Below, piece after piece: positions 39,434 to 48,667 of a DNA stretch of 64,000 nucleotides. The position numbers and the translations under genes are program-made. Where the stretch lies: assembly GCA_013152275.1 (NCBI GenBank), contig JAADGS010000026.1:62001-126000 (forward strand). The letters are read 5' to 3'. Below the pieces are notes generated by a model. The model had not been told where the DNA came from. It searched no databases and was given only the letters and a program-made list of their open reading frames with translations. The DNA comes from Actinomycetota bacterium (GTDB taxonomy: Bacteria > Actinomycetota > Acidimicrobiia > Spongiisociales > UBA4744). How positions within the stretch are numbered: the stretch's first letter is position 1; each line of letters begins with the position of its first letter.

Positions 39434-40681
39434 GTGCATGGTCTTGACCGGCGTGTTGTCGTTACCGGGTTGGGAGTCATCAGCCCCATCGGGAATACCG
39501 TGGAGGACTACTGGAGTGCCCTGCTCTCCGGAACGTCGGGCGTTGGACCGATCACGTTGTTTGATGCTTCGCAACTGCCTGTCCGATTCGCAGGCGAGGT
39601 CAAGAACTTCGACCCCGAGGAGTACATGGCCCGGCGCACGGCCCGGCGCATGGATCGATTCGACCAGTTTTTCTACGCTGCAACCACCCAGGCTCTCCTG
39701 GACGCGGGAATCGACTACTCCGACGACCCTGACTCCGGCACCCGGGCAGGTGTGGTGGTCGGTTCGGGCATCGGAGGGCTCATGTCGATGCAGGAAGGTA
39801 TGGATACGATGCGGACTCGGGGTGCCGAGCGGATCTCTCCCTACCAGGTGACGAGAATGATCCCGAACATGGCTGCGGGAGACGTGTCGATCGGATTCGG
39901 GTTGCTGGGCCCCGTGACCTGCACGGTGACTGCCTGTGCTGCGTCCACAAACGCGATCGGTGACGCGGCCGAGATCATTCGGAGAGGTGCTGCCGACGTG
40001 ATGGTGTCCGGTGGCGGCGAAGCCTCGATCTGCGAGTTCGGTATTGCTGCCTTCGCCCAGGCGAGGGCGGTGAGTACCCGCAACGAAGACCCGCAAGGAG
40101 CGTGTCGCCCCTTCGATGCGACTCGCGACGGGTTCGTGATGGCGGAAGGGGCCGGCTCCCTCATTCTCGAGGAACGTGAACATGCGCTGGCACGAGGAGC
40201 GCAGATCTACGCGGAGCTGCTCGGCTACGGGATGTCCTCCGACGCCTACCACATCACGCTGCCCCGCCCTGGTGGCGTGGGAGCAGCCCGAGCGATGCAG
40301 GCAGCCCTGGACGATGCCGAGATCGAGCCGTCACAGGTCGGCTACGTCAACGCCCATGGCACCTCGACGCCGGCGAATGACGTGACCGAGACGGCGGCGA
40401 TCAAGCTCGTTTTCGGTGAGCACGCCGCACGGCTCGCGATCTCGTCGACGAAGTCGATGACCGGACATCTTCTCGGCGGTGCCGGTGCGGTCGAGGCGAT
40501 CGCCGGCATCCTCGCCATGCGCGACGGCGTGCTTCCCCCGACGATCAACTACCACAATCCCGACCCCGAATGTGATCTCGACTACGTACCGAACGAAGCC
40601 AGGAAGCAGGATGTCGGGATTGTCATGAGCAACTCGTTTGGCTTCGGCGGGCACAACGCGGTGCTGATCTTCGGCAGATAG
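39434..40681 (+). CDS. fabF: 3-oxoacyl-ACP synthase II
   Basis: RRVVVTGLG, TACAAS, NAHGTST, KSMTGHLLGG, SNSFGFGGHN. Confidence 0.96.
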   Translation: MHGLDRRVVVTGLGVISPIGNTVEDYWSALLSGTSGVGPITLFDASQLPVRFAGEVKNFDPEEYMARRTARRMDRFDQFFYAATTQALLDAGIDYSDDPDSGTRAGVVVGSGIGGLMSMQEGMDTMRTRGAERISPYQVTRMIPNMAAGDVSIGFGLLGPVTCTVTACAASTNAIGDAAEIIRRGAADVMVSGGGEASICEFGIAAFAQARAVSTRNEDPQGACRPFDATRDGFVMAEGAGSLILEEREHALARGAQIYAELLGYGMSSDAYHITLPRPGGVGAARAMQAALDDAEIEPSQVGYVNAHGTSTPANDVTETAAIKLVFGEHAARLAISSTKSMTGHLLGGAGAVEAIAGILAMRDGVLPPTINYHNPDPECDLDYVPNEARKQDVGIVMSNSFGFGGHNAVLIFGR

Positions 40682-40701
40682 AGGGTGATGCCGGTCGTGA
40701 G

Positions 40702-40786
40702 ACACGTAGTCGGTGGATCGTATTCCGTAGTGTGAATTTCGTGCCTCGTATCCCGACCGTGAGGCGATGCAGGACCGATGGGCGGG
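40702..40786 (-). repeat. Dispersed head+heptamer element, copy F (inverted)
   Basis: Minus strand CCCGCCCATCGGTCCTGCA...CGGTCGGGA then TACGAGG CACGAAA TTCACAC TACGGAA TACGATC CACCGAC TACGTGT. Confidence 0.75.
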
Positions 40787-40895
40787 CGTGGGGGCTCGCG
40801 CGTAGGCCTTGCGACCATGCCCATCTGGCTGCATCGGAGACGTGTGCCAGGTGTTGCTCGGCCGGCTCCTGATGAATCGGAAGTAGCCTGATGTC

Positions 40896-41396
40896 GTGAA
40901 TTGGCCCGGCGAGTTCGTCTTCTGTCCCCGGTGTGGGATGCGTCTTGGTCGGCGTACGGTGGACGGACGCGACCGAGTCGCATGTCAGGCGTGCTCTTAC
41001 GTCCACTTCCGCAACCCTGCCGTCGGGGCGGCGGCGATCGTCCGTGACGAGTACGAGCGTCTCCTCCTCGTGCGAAGGGCCTCGGGTCGTCTCAAGGGTC
41101 TCTGGTCGGTACCGGCTGGATTCGTCGAATACGGCGAGGACATCAGAGACGCCGCAGCTAGGGAGTTGCTCGAAGAAACAGGTCTCGAGGCGCGGATCGG
41201 AGCGGTCGCGTTCGTGGCCTCCAATTTCCACGATCCTGCGAAGCTGACCGTCGGGGTGTGGTTTCATGCGACAGTCACCGGCGGCCGTTTGCAGGCAGGC
41301 GATGACGCAGCAGAGGCCCGGTATTTCTCTCTCGATCATCTGCCTTCGCTTGCATTCGAGACGGATCGAGAGCTCTTCACGCAGCTCGCCAAGTGA
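40896..41396 (+). CDS. NUDIX hydrolase with N-terminal zinc ribbon
   Basis: FCPRCG...CQAC; GFVEYGEDIRDAAARELLEETGL Nudix box. Confidence 0.92.
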   Translation: MNWPGEFVFCPRCGMRLGRRTVDGRDRVACQACSYVHFRNPAVGAAAIVRDEYERLLLVRRASGRLKGLWSVPAGFVEYGEDIRDAAARELLEETGLEARIGAVAFVASNFHDPAKLTVGVWFHATVTGGRLQAGDDAAEARYFSLDHLPSLAFETDRELFTQLAK

Positions 41397-41455
41397 ATGG
41401 ACCGGCTGCATGATCCGGATCACTTCTGAACCGAGCGGCTTGGCACGGTAGACGC

Positions 41456-41937
41456 ATGAAGCGCAGCCCCTTTGCCGAGCCTGTCTTGCACATCGATGTG
41501 GACTCGTTCTTCGTTGAAATCGAACGACGTGACGACCTGTCGTCGTGCAGCCGCCCCGTTGTGGTCGGTGGCATGGAAACCGGGGGAGCGGTCGCGTCGG
41601 TGTCCCACGAGGCAGGCGCGAACGGAGTGGCCTTCGCGATGCCCCCGCGCGTTCGGCGGGTCTGTAGCGACCCCGCGGTCCTGCCGGTCGATCACGTCAG
41701 ATACCGGGAGGCGTCTGGGGACGTCTTCTCGATCTTCCGGAGCTTCACACCGCTCGTCGAAGGAGTCTCGACAGATGAGGCGTTCCTCGATGTATCGGGT
41801 CTCGAGCAGCACCACGTGGGTTCCGAACAGGTGGGCGGCTTTGAGCGCGCATGCGAAGGGCAGGGAAGCTTGGAAAGCTGCCGGTCGTGAAGGTCCGTAC
41901 CAGATTCGGGGACCATGCCATGGTGCCGGCCCGCCTC
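41456..41937 (+). pseudogene. dinB: DNA polymerase IV remnant (internal deletion plus frameshift)
   Basis: LHIDVDSFF, PVVVGG, STDEAFLDV, stop at 41888-41890; C-terminal motif VRTRFGDHAMVPARL follows in another frame. Confidence 0.85.
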
Positions 41938-42007
41938 GCAGCAACCTCCGAGGCAATACCGGAACGAGGGGTATCATGGGTGCAGATGTGATTGAGGACT
42001 ATCGACT

Positions 42008-42328
42008 ATGCCATTAGATGAGCGCGAACAGAAGATCCTTCAGGAGATCGAGCAGGGCCTCTACGCCGAGGATCCGAACTTGGTGCGCAAGGTCGGCAAA
42101 CTCGGCAGGGTCCCTTCGAGACGAGCAATGATCGCGGCGATCTTCTTTCTCTTGGGACTGGCGATGACCCTGGGAACCTTCGCCTTCAATCAGTGGCTCG
42201 CCCTCGGCGGGTTCGTGGTCATGGTGCTCGCCGGAAGCGCTTTCGTGCACGCCCACAGGGCAATCACAGGGACTGAGGATGCGAGGTGGATGCCCCGGTT
42301 TCTGGGTGGAAAACGCAAACGGCAGTGA
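42008..42328 (+). CDS. DUF3040-family membrane protein
   Basis: MPLDEREQKILQEIEQGLYAEDP plus two TMs. Confidence 0.9.
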   Translation: MPLDEREQKILQEIEQGLYAEDPNLVRKVGKLGRVPSRRAMIAAIFFLLGLAMTLGTFAFNQWLALGGFVVMVLAGSAFVHAHRAITGTEDARWMPRFLGGKRKRQ

Positions 42329-42425
42329 CCGTCTCGCGACGCTAGAGTGAGAGTCCCGGCGCCCATATGCCGGTTCGGAGTTGGCGGTCGTCGTGGCCGC
42401 CCATTACATCGGGGAGAGATGACAG

Positions 42426-42917
42426 GTGGATGGATTCACGGCGCAGCAAGCTTCCAAGCTGACCGGTTGCACAGCACATCAGCTCAGGTACTGGGATCGT
42501 GTCTCCCTTCTCGAACCTTCCTTGCAGAGCACCGGCGGCCGTCCTGGTGTGCGGCGGCTCTACTCGTTTCGAGACCTCGTTGCATTGCGCGTGATCAAGA
42601 GCCTGCTGGACAATGGGATGTCCGTGCAGCGGGTCCGCAGAGCATGGGGCTACCTTCGGCGCAATGGTGGCATGGACCGCCATCTGGCCGAGGTGAAGCT
42701 GGTGACCGATGGTCAGAGTATTTTCTCCATCACCGAGGATGACGAGCAACTTCTCGACGCTCTTCGAGGGGGACAACTTGCGTTCTTCGTCGCGATCGAC
42801 AGCATCACGCGCTCCGTCGAAGACGATGTGAGCAAGTTCGAACTCGATCGTGAGCGTTTTCTCGAGATGATCCGCTGGAGCGAAGAAGGCGTCAACGAGG
42901 AAGCCGTGGACGGCTGA
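42426..42917 (+). CDS. MerR-family regulator (conserved actinobacterial Rv1830-like type)
   Basis: QLRYWDRVSLLEPS, RLYSFRDL, LLDNGMSVQRVR, LVTDG, LRGGQ. Confidence 0.88.
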   Translation: MDGFTAQQASKLTGCTAHQLRYWDRVSLLEPSLQSTGGRPGVRRLYSFRDLVALRVIKSLLDNGMSVQRVRRAWGYLRRNGGMDRHLAEVKLVTDGQSIFSITEDDEQLLDALRGGQLAFFVAIDSITRSVEDDVSKFELDRERFLEMIRWSEEGVNEEAVDG

Positions 42918-43015
42918 GCCGGCAGCCGGTTTCCCATGGCCGGTGGTCGGTGCGGCGCCGGGTTGTCTTTTGCGGCTCGCGGCGTTCTCTTCCTCGACAC
43001 GCCTGAGCCGCTACA

Positions 43016-43072
43016 CCCGCCCCGCGGTCTTGCACAGGCCCGCGGTCGCGATACGAAGTACGAAGTGCAAGA
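43016..43072 (+). repeat. Dispersed head+heptamer element, copy G
   Basis: CCCGCCCCGCGGTCTTGCA...CGGTCGCGA TACGAAG TACGAAG TGCAAGA. Confidence 0.78.
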
Positions 43073-43077
43073 GCGGT

Positions 43078-45405
43078 CTAAGTGGACCCTCCGGGTCGCA
43101 ACAATGACTTCAGGCGCAACCTCGCTCGAATACGATCTCCGATCGGGTGGATGGTTCGCAGGTATGTCTCGGTTTCTGCAAAGGACGCGGCTGCCCGGTC
43201 GATGAGCCGATCGTCGAGACGTCCCTGCGGTCCGAACACCTGTGCCGTGACGCCATCGGCGAGGGGGCCCATCGAGTGGTGTACCGACGCTGCCACCTCC
43301 AGGGGTGTCCAGGAGGGTGAAGATACGTCTCCGTAATCGGTGAGCCGATCGACGATCTCATCCCAGGCGCCCGAAATATCGCCATCTCGAAAGCGAGCGA
43401 GTCTTCTCCGTCTGCGGATCGCTTTCGCCATCGGCACCGATGAGAACATGAGCAACACCGCAAGCAGGACGAGTCGTGTCGGCGTGACGATTCGTAGTGG
43501 AGTCCGATCCGAGTCCGCCGAGGAGGATCCGGGCACGAGTTGTCGCTCGTCGAAGTTGGGATCGAATTGTCGTGGCGCAGCGGGCTTTTCCACATCGGGC
43601 GATTCTGTCACTTCGGGCGGCGGAGGGATGTACTCGCGAGGGTCGAAACCGACGGTGCTCATCGTCGACGGATTGTCGCCGAGTGATCGCGGTGTCGGAT
43701 CGAATCGAACCCAGCCTTGGTTGTTCATCCAAAGTTCCACCCAGGCGTGGGCATTGCGATCCCGGACGATGATCGTTCCATCCGCCTGGACTTCTCCGGG
43801 CCCGAATCCGGTGACGACTCTGGCGGGGATTCCGATCGAACGAGCCATGACGGCCATTGCCGTCGAGAACTGCTCGCAGTAGCCGGTCCGGTAGCTGGGG
43901 CTGTCGGTCGTGAAGAGCCAGTCTGCAAGATCCTTGCTCGCGTGGCCCGGGTCGACGTCGAGTGAGTACGTGAAAATGGTTGGATCACGAAACCAGGCCT
44001 CGAGCAGGAGCGCCTTCTCGAACGCGCTGGTGCCGCCCTCGGTGAGTGCGCGTGCCTGGGTGCGGATGATCGGGTCGAGCGTCGGAAGCTCCAGGGCGTC
44101 GGAGAGCGAGGCAGGCCTGTTGATCGCCGGTGTCGGAACCGCCTTTCCATCGAACGCGCCGCGGTCGGCAGCCTCCTGGAAAATGGGGGTGAGTCTGCCC
44201 CCGGTGCTTGCGAGGGCGTTCAGGTCCGGTGCCGGCATCAGTGCGGCTTCCTGGTAGGTGAGGTCTTCCCAGGTGAGCAGGTCGAACTGGATGGAACCAT
44301 CGGTCCGGACGCGAAAGCTGTCGTTGAACAGTGCCGAGTCGGAACCCAACCACGTGGGGGAGTACACGATCGGCAGGTAGTTCTGACGGAGTTTCGCGAT
44401 CGTCACGGACGCAGACACCGGGACGACCGGGCCGAAGAACGACATGTCCGGATCCTCCCACACGTTGCTGTCGGGTCCGTGGGTTTCTCGCGCCTTGGGG
44501 ATCCAGTTCTCACCGTCGAACGTTTCGAGGGTGATCAGCTCCCAGTAGATGGATGAAGGGTCCACATCGCCTTCGACTCTCGCAGTGAAGACGGGTGTGT
44601 CGGTTTGCGAGACGAGTTGCTGTCGGATACCGGTGAAAAGGTTATAGGACACTCCGACGAGGATCCCTCCGCCGATACTCGTGTGGCTGCGCCAGTCGAT
44701 GAGACCGGTGGGGGGGATCACTTTGGAGACGAGTCCGGTGCCGCCGAGCGCGATCAGGACCGAGATGGCGACGAACGCGCCCGGATACACGTATGCAGGC
44801 CTGGCAGGACCGCCTGAGCTTCGCATCTGGAGCGTCGATGACGATCGTTGATCCTCGGCCACGGCGATGAACGCCAACGCCACGGCCCCGAGAAATGCGG
44901 CTTTCCACAGGAGTCCCGGAGCTGCCTGGTCGATGACCGCCAGCTGAAGGTAGAACAGCAGCGGTGGTGCAAGAGCGATGATGGGATGTCTGTGGCGGAT
45001 ACTCCACGCCATCAGAGCCGCCAAGCCCCAAAAGATGGCGGTAAGGATGAGGACGAGCCCGGCGACCGGTGAGACAGGGGCGACACCGAGCCGAATCAGA
45101 TCGGTGCCCAGGCGAAGCTCTGCCAGGAATGCAGGCAATGTACCGGAGCTCGGTAGCAGTCCGAAGGTGAGCGTTCCGGGTACCGTAATACGCAGGCCGA
45201 CGAGGGTCAGCGCACCGGCGTTGGCAAAGATGGTGGTCCACCGGCCTCGCAGGGCCCAGGTGATGATGCCTCCCATGACCGCCCCGGCGGCCACGGCGAT
45301 CGGCCAAGGCGCTCCCTCGACCGAGGGTCGCAGGAGGCGTTCGAGGCGCAGAATCGCCAGCGCCATGCCGGCAGTCCCGGCTATCCAACTCCAGCGGTTG
45401 CCCAT
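43078..45405 (-). CDS. Membrane transglutaminase-like protein (TgpA/DUF3488 type)
   Basis: N-terminal TMs; GYCEQFSTAM, AHAWVE, FDPTP catalytic triad. Confidence 0.92.
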   Translation of the reverse strand: MGNRWSWIAGTAGMALAILRLERLLRPSVEGAPWPIAVAAGAVMGGIITWALRGRWTTIFANAGALTLVGLRITVPGTLTFGLLPSSGTLPAFLAELRLGTDLIRLGVAPVSPVAGLVLILTAIFWGLAALMAWSIRHRHPIIALAPPLLFYLQLAVIDQAAPGLLWKAAFLGAVALAFIAVAEDQRSSSTLQMRSSGGPARPAYVYPGAFVAISVLIALGGTGLVSKVIPPTGLIDWRSHTSIGGGILVGVSYNLFTGIRQQLVSQTDTPVFTARVEGDVDPSSIYWELITLETFDGENWIPKARETHGPDSNVWEDPDMSFFGPVVPVSASVTIAKLRQNYLPIVYSPTWLGSDSALFNDSFRVRTDGSIQFDLLTWEDLTYQEAALMPAPDLNALASTGGRLTPIFQEAADRGAFDGKAVPTPAINRPASLSDALELPTLDPIIRTQARALTEGGTSAFEKALLLEAWFRDPTIFTYSLDVDPGHASKDLADWLFTTDSPSYRTGYCEQFSTAMAVMARSIGIPARVVTGFGPGEVQADGTIIVRDRNAHAWVELWMNNQGWVRFDPTPRSLGDNPSTMSTVGFDPREYIPPPPEVTESPDVEKPAAPRQFDPNFDERQLVPGSSSADSDRTPLRIVTPTRLVLLAVLLMFSSVPMAKAIRRRRRLARFRDGDISGAWDEIVDRLTDYGDVSSPSWTPLEVAASVHHSMGPLADGVTAQVFGPQGRLDDRLIDRAAASFAETETYLRTIHPIGDRIRARLRLKSLLRPGGST

Positions 45406-46553
45406 GGCATCGCTTTCATCCAGGCGGTGGCCCACGCCTCTCCAGGTCGGATGGAGACGATTATCGCGCCACCGCGGCCGAAGCTGACAGGTGCCGGATT
45501 CGAAGAGACGGTGAGCAGCACCGTTGCTCCTGCGTGGTGGGTGAGGTGCCCTGTGACGGAGGACACCTGCGGGTCGGGCGTCCCTGTGACGATGACAAGC
45601 GTGCCACCCCGGCCTTTCAGGCGAAGACGGGTCGCCGCCGAGCTGAAATCGAAGGCAGGGATCGGCTGCAGTCCGGCAAGTACCCGCATGGCAGCCTCGT
45701 AGGGGTTCACATCCAGACTCGTGAGGTCACCTCCGGTCCACAGGTCGGCTTCAAGTCCGGCCGAGAAGAAGTGGTGAATTGTCGAAGCCGCCCCGCGTAT
45801 TGCAGTTTCGAATGCTTCCTGGCTGCCGTAGACGGCAGATCTGGGATCGACGACAACGAGCGCACGCGGTTCCCACGGTGCCTCGAACTGACGGATCATC
45901 ATTTCATCGCGCCGTGCCGTCGTCGGCCAGTGGACCCTTCGTAGATCGTCGCCGGTCTGGTACTCGCGCAGGCTGAAGAAGTCTTCGCCGCCTCGCTGGA
46001 CGGTTTCGGAGCGTGCCGCCTGCATCGAAGGGTCTACGCCTCGAAGTGTTGGAAGGCCGCTGAGCCGTTCCACCCTGGGATAGACGATGAGCCTGTCGAT
46101 GGCGCCGATTCGCCTACTCGTTTTGGTGAACATGAAGGGATCGCTTCTCGAGACCGTTGTCGGTCCGAGTTCATAGATGCCTCTTGTGTGGCAGGAGATC
46201 TCGTAGGCGCCGAAGAAGGTGACGCGAGGAGCGAGCGAGCCTATCCGGAAACGCGCTTCTCCCAACTGGCGGATCTCGTCGTCGATCGTGATGTATCTCC
46301 ATGGCCGCCGTGCGTCGTTCCTTGCGATCAGCTCTACGGAGACGGTGTCTCCCTCCTGCACGAGCGCAGGGTGAAGGTGCCGAGAGACGGTGATGTCCGG
46401 GATGCCCCCGCGTATGCTGAGCCAACCGAGGAAGACGGCGGCGGCGATGAGGAGACCGAGGGCTGCGAGTTCGACTTCTCCGAGAAGAGCCCACAAGACG
46501 AGGAGTGCGAGGGCGGCACCGAGACCCGCCCATCCTCGCTCTGTGATGGTCAT
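45381..46553 (-). CDS. DUF58 protein
   Basis: TRGIYELGP, LREYQTGDDLRRVHWPTTAR. Confidence 0.92.
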   Translation of the reverse strand: MTITERGWAGLGAALALLVLWALLGEVELAALGLLIAAAVFLGWLSIRGGIPDITVSRHLHPALVQEGDTVSVELIARNDARRPWRYITIDDEIRQLGEARFRIGSLAPRVTFFGAYEISCHTRGIYELGPTTVSRSDPFMFTKTSRRIGAIDRLIVYPRVERLSGLPTLRGVDPSMQAARSETVQRGGEDFFSLREYQTGDDLRRVHWPTTARRDEMMIRQFEAPWEPRALVVVDPRSAVYGSQEAFETAIRGAASTIHHFFSAGLEADLWTGGDLTSLDVNPYEAAMRVLAGLQPIPAFDFSSAATRLRLKGRGGTLVIVTGTPDPQVSSVTGHLTHHAGATVLLTVSSNPAPVSFGRGGAIIVSIRPGEAWATAWMKAMPWATAGVG

Positions 46554-46559
46554 CCCGAC

Positions 46560-47528
46560 CTACCTTCCGGGCACGCGGACATGGCGCAGCACCGAGTCGA
46601 TCACTTCGGCGATCGTGGTTCCGTGCATCAGTGCTTCCGGGCGTAGCACCATGCGATGTTCGAGCACCGGACGTGCCAGCTCCTTGATGTCGTCGGGCGT
46701 CGCGAAGTCGCGTCGCTGCATGGCGGCGCGGACACGGGCGACGCGCTGGAGGTGTAGCGCGGCGCGGGGAGAGGCACCGAGGAGGAGTTCTCCATGGCGA
46801 CGGGTCGCTTCGACCACGTCGACGATGTATCCCTTGAGGGAGCCGGCCACGTGAATGTTACGAGCGATCTCACTCATTTCCCGGACATCCTCCGCCGTCG
46901 CCATCGGTTTGAGGTCGTCGAAACTCGAATGTGTGCCGTGAGTCTCGAGCATTTGTATTTCTTTTCCGTGTGTCGGATAGCCGACGACGAGCCGCATCAT
47001 GAATCGATCGAGCTGGGATTCCGGGAGTGGATAGGTTCCTTCATGCTCCAACGGGTTCTGTGTCGCGATCACCATGAACGGTGGGGGCAACGGGCGAGTG
47101 ACACCGTCCACGGTCACCTGGAGTTCTTCCATCGCTTCGAGCAACGCAGCCTGGGTTTTTGGTCCTGCGCGGTTGATTTCGTCACCGAGAACGATGTTGG
47201 CGAAAATCGCTCCGGGTTTGAAGATGAACTCCGTCTTGGCTCTGTCCCAGATCGATACACCGGTGATGTCCGAAGGGAGAAGATCGGGTGTGAACTGAAC
47301 GCGATGGAAGCGGCAGTCCAGAGACCTTGCCAGCGACTTGGCAAGGAGCGTCTTTCCGACTCCCGGGACATCCTCGATGAGGACGTGGCCTTCTGCCATC
47401 AAGGACATGGCGATCAGTTCGATGATCTCACGTTTGCCCTGGATGACGGTTTCCACGTTCGAGACGATCGCCTCGAACAGGTCGGCGAAGCGGTCGATAC
47501 GTTCTGGAGCCGGGATCATCGTTGTCAA
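46560..47528 (-). CDS. MoxR-family AAA+ ATPase
   Basis: EDVPGVGKT, QFTPDLLPSD, DEINRA, ATQNPLE, LPESQLDRF; start TTG 47528 (GGAGGTGA RBS) or ATG 47519. Confidence 0.95.
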   Translation of the reverse strand: MTTMIPAPERIDRFADLFEAIVSNVETVIQGKREIIELIAMSLMAEGHVLIEDVPGVGKTLLAKSLARSLDCRFHRVQFTPDLLPSDITGVSIWDRAKTEFIFKPGAIFANIVLGDEINRAGPKTQAALLEAMEELQVTVDGVTRPLPPPFMVIATQNPLEHEGTYPLPESQLDRFMMRLVVGYPTHGKEIQMLETHGTHSSFDDLKPMATAEDVREMSEIARNIHVAGSLKGYIVDVVEATRRHGELLLGASPRAALHLQRVARVRAAMQRRDFATPDDIKELARPVLEHRMVLRPEALMHGTTIAEVIDSVLRHVRVPGR

Positions 47529-47711
47529 TAGGGTCTCACCTCCGCGCCGGAGCCTATCAGCGCGACGGAGATGCGTGCAGCGTGCGGAGGGCTCTTGAGG
47601 ACGAGTAATGGCGACGAAGGCCTCCGTCGGTGGCGAATCCAAACCGGGCGTATTCGAACGATAAAGACCGAGCGTGAAACTGCGCGGTATGATCAACGTG
47701 TCCTGGGGAGC

Positions 47712-47963
47712 TTGAGGAGGCACGTGGGCGGGGTGAAACGGGCAGTTGTCCGCAGACCTGATCTATGGATGGAGGCAGCGCGTTCAGCCTTCGCGTTCGC
47801 TCCAAAAGCCTGGTGGAGAAGGTTTCCGTTCCTTCCCATTCCCGAAAGTCGCTATCTCGCGTGGCGCCGTTTTACGGCGTACGGATCTGTGGACCAGGCA
47901 CTGTCCGGCGAGGATGTCGTCGCGTATCTCGAGTGGCGGCGTCGGCTGAGGACCTCACGATGA
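47712..47963 (+). CDS. Small basic Trp-rich hypothetical protein
   Basis: RPDLW...WWRRFPFLPIP..YLAWRRFTAYG...DVVAYLEW; ATGA-coupled to the next gene; start uncertain. Confidence 0.7.
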   Translation: MRRHVGGVKRAVVRRPDLWMEAARSAFAFAPKAWWRRFPFLPIPESRYLAWRRFTAYGSVDQALSGEDVVAYLEWRRRLRTSR

Positions 47964-48547
47964 GTGAGGTGCTCGATCGCGCGATCAGCGAACTCGACGG
48001 AGTTGCATCGGCTCAAATCGAGACAGACGGTCGTTCCGTCGTGGGTATCAAGGTCACTCTCGACGAGGGTGCCGACGAACGAGCCGTCGCGTTGGCAATC
48101 GGCAGGATCCTCGAATCACACGGATATCGGTCTCGTGTGGCCCCGGAGCGTGTGAAGGTCGAACCGAGTACTCCACCGATGCCGCCCATCGAAGTCGCCA
48201 CGCGGCCGAAGCTCGAGCATCCGACGAGTCTGGAATCGGTGAGCGTGGAGGAGGACCGGGCCGGTGCGACGGTAACGGTCGTGGACTCGGCCGGCGACAC
48301 CGTGACGCTTCGGGCAGGATCCACGGGCGAAGGACGCAGGAAGGCCATCGTCGACGCCGTGGCCACCTTGCTCTCCGAGAGCGCTGCTTTGCCTCCGCGT
48401 CTCATCGAAGTGACGGAGCGCGAAGACAGCGTGTTGCTGGTCGTCCTCGAGGATGCCGACGGCGCCAGACTTGCCGGAGCCTCTGTCATTCGCTCAGGGT
48501 TGGACTTCGCCCTCGCCGCTGCGGTGTGGGCGGCTCTCACCGGGTAG
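47960..48547 (+). CDS. Hypothetical two-domain protein
   Basis: Coupled ORF with a Pro-rich linker; C-terminal LAGASVI...ALAAAVWAAL. Confidence 0.7.
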   Translation: MSEVLDRAISELDGVASAQIETDGRSVVGIKVTLDEGADERAVALAIGRILESHGYRSRVAPERVKVEPSTPPMPPIEVATRPKLEHPTSLESVSVEEDRAGATVTVVDSAGDTVTLRAGSTGEGRRKAIVDAVATLLSESAALPPRLIEVTEREDSVLLVVLEDADGARLAGASVIRSGLDFALAAAVWAALTG

Positions 48548-48667
48548 GAGCGACTCCGAGTGCTCGGCGGTTGGCGATCGATTGTCGGTCAGATGTGACT
48601 CGGAACTGCCGAGGGACCGATCGAGTGCGTGGTTCCCGCCGGCACCGGTGGCAGATGCATGCCGAGT

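Noticed and set aside
3353..43072. ~36-nt repeated head as a CRISPR repeat
   Set aside because: Copies are kilobases apart, degenerate and in both orientations, with no regular spacers and no cas genes.
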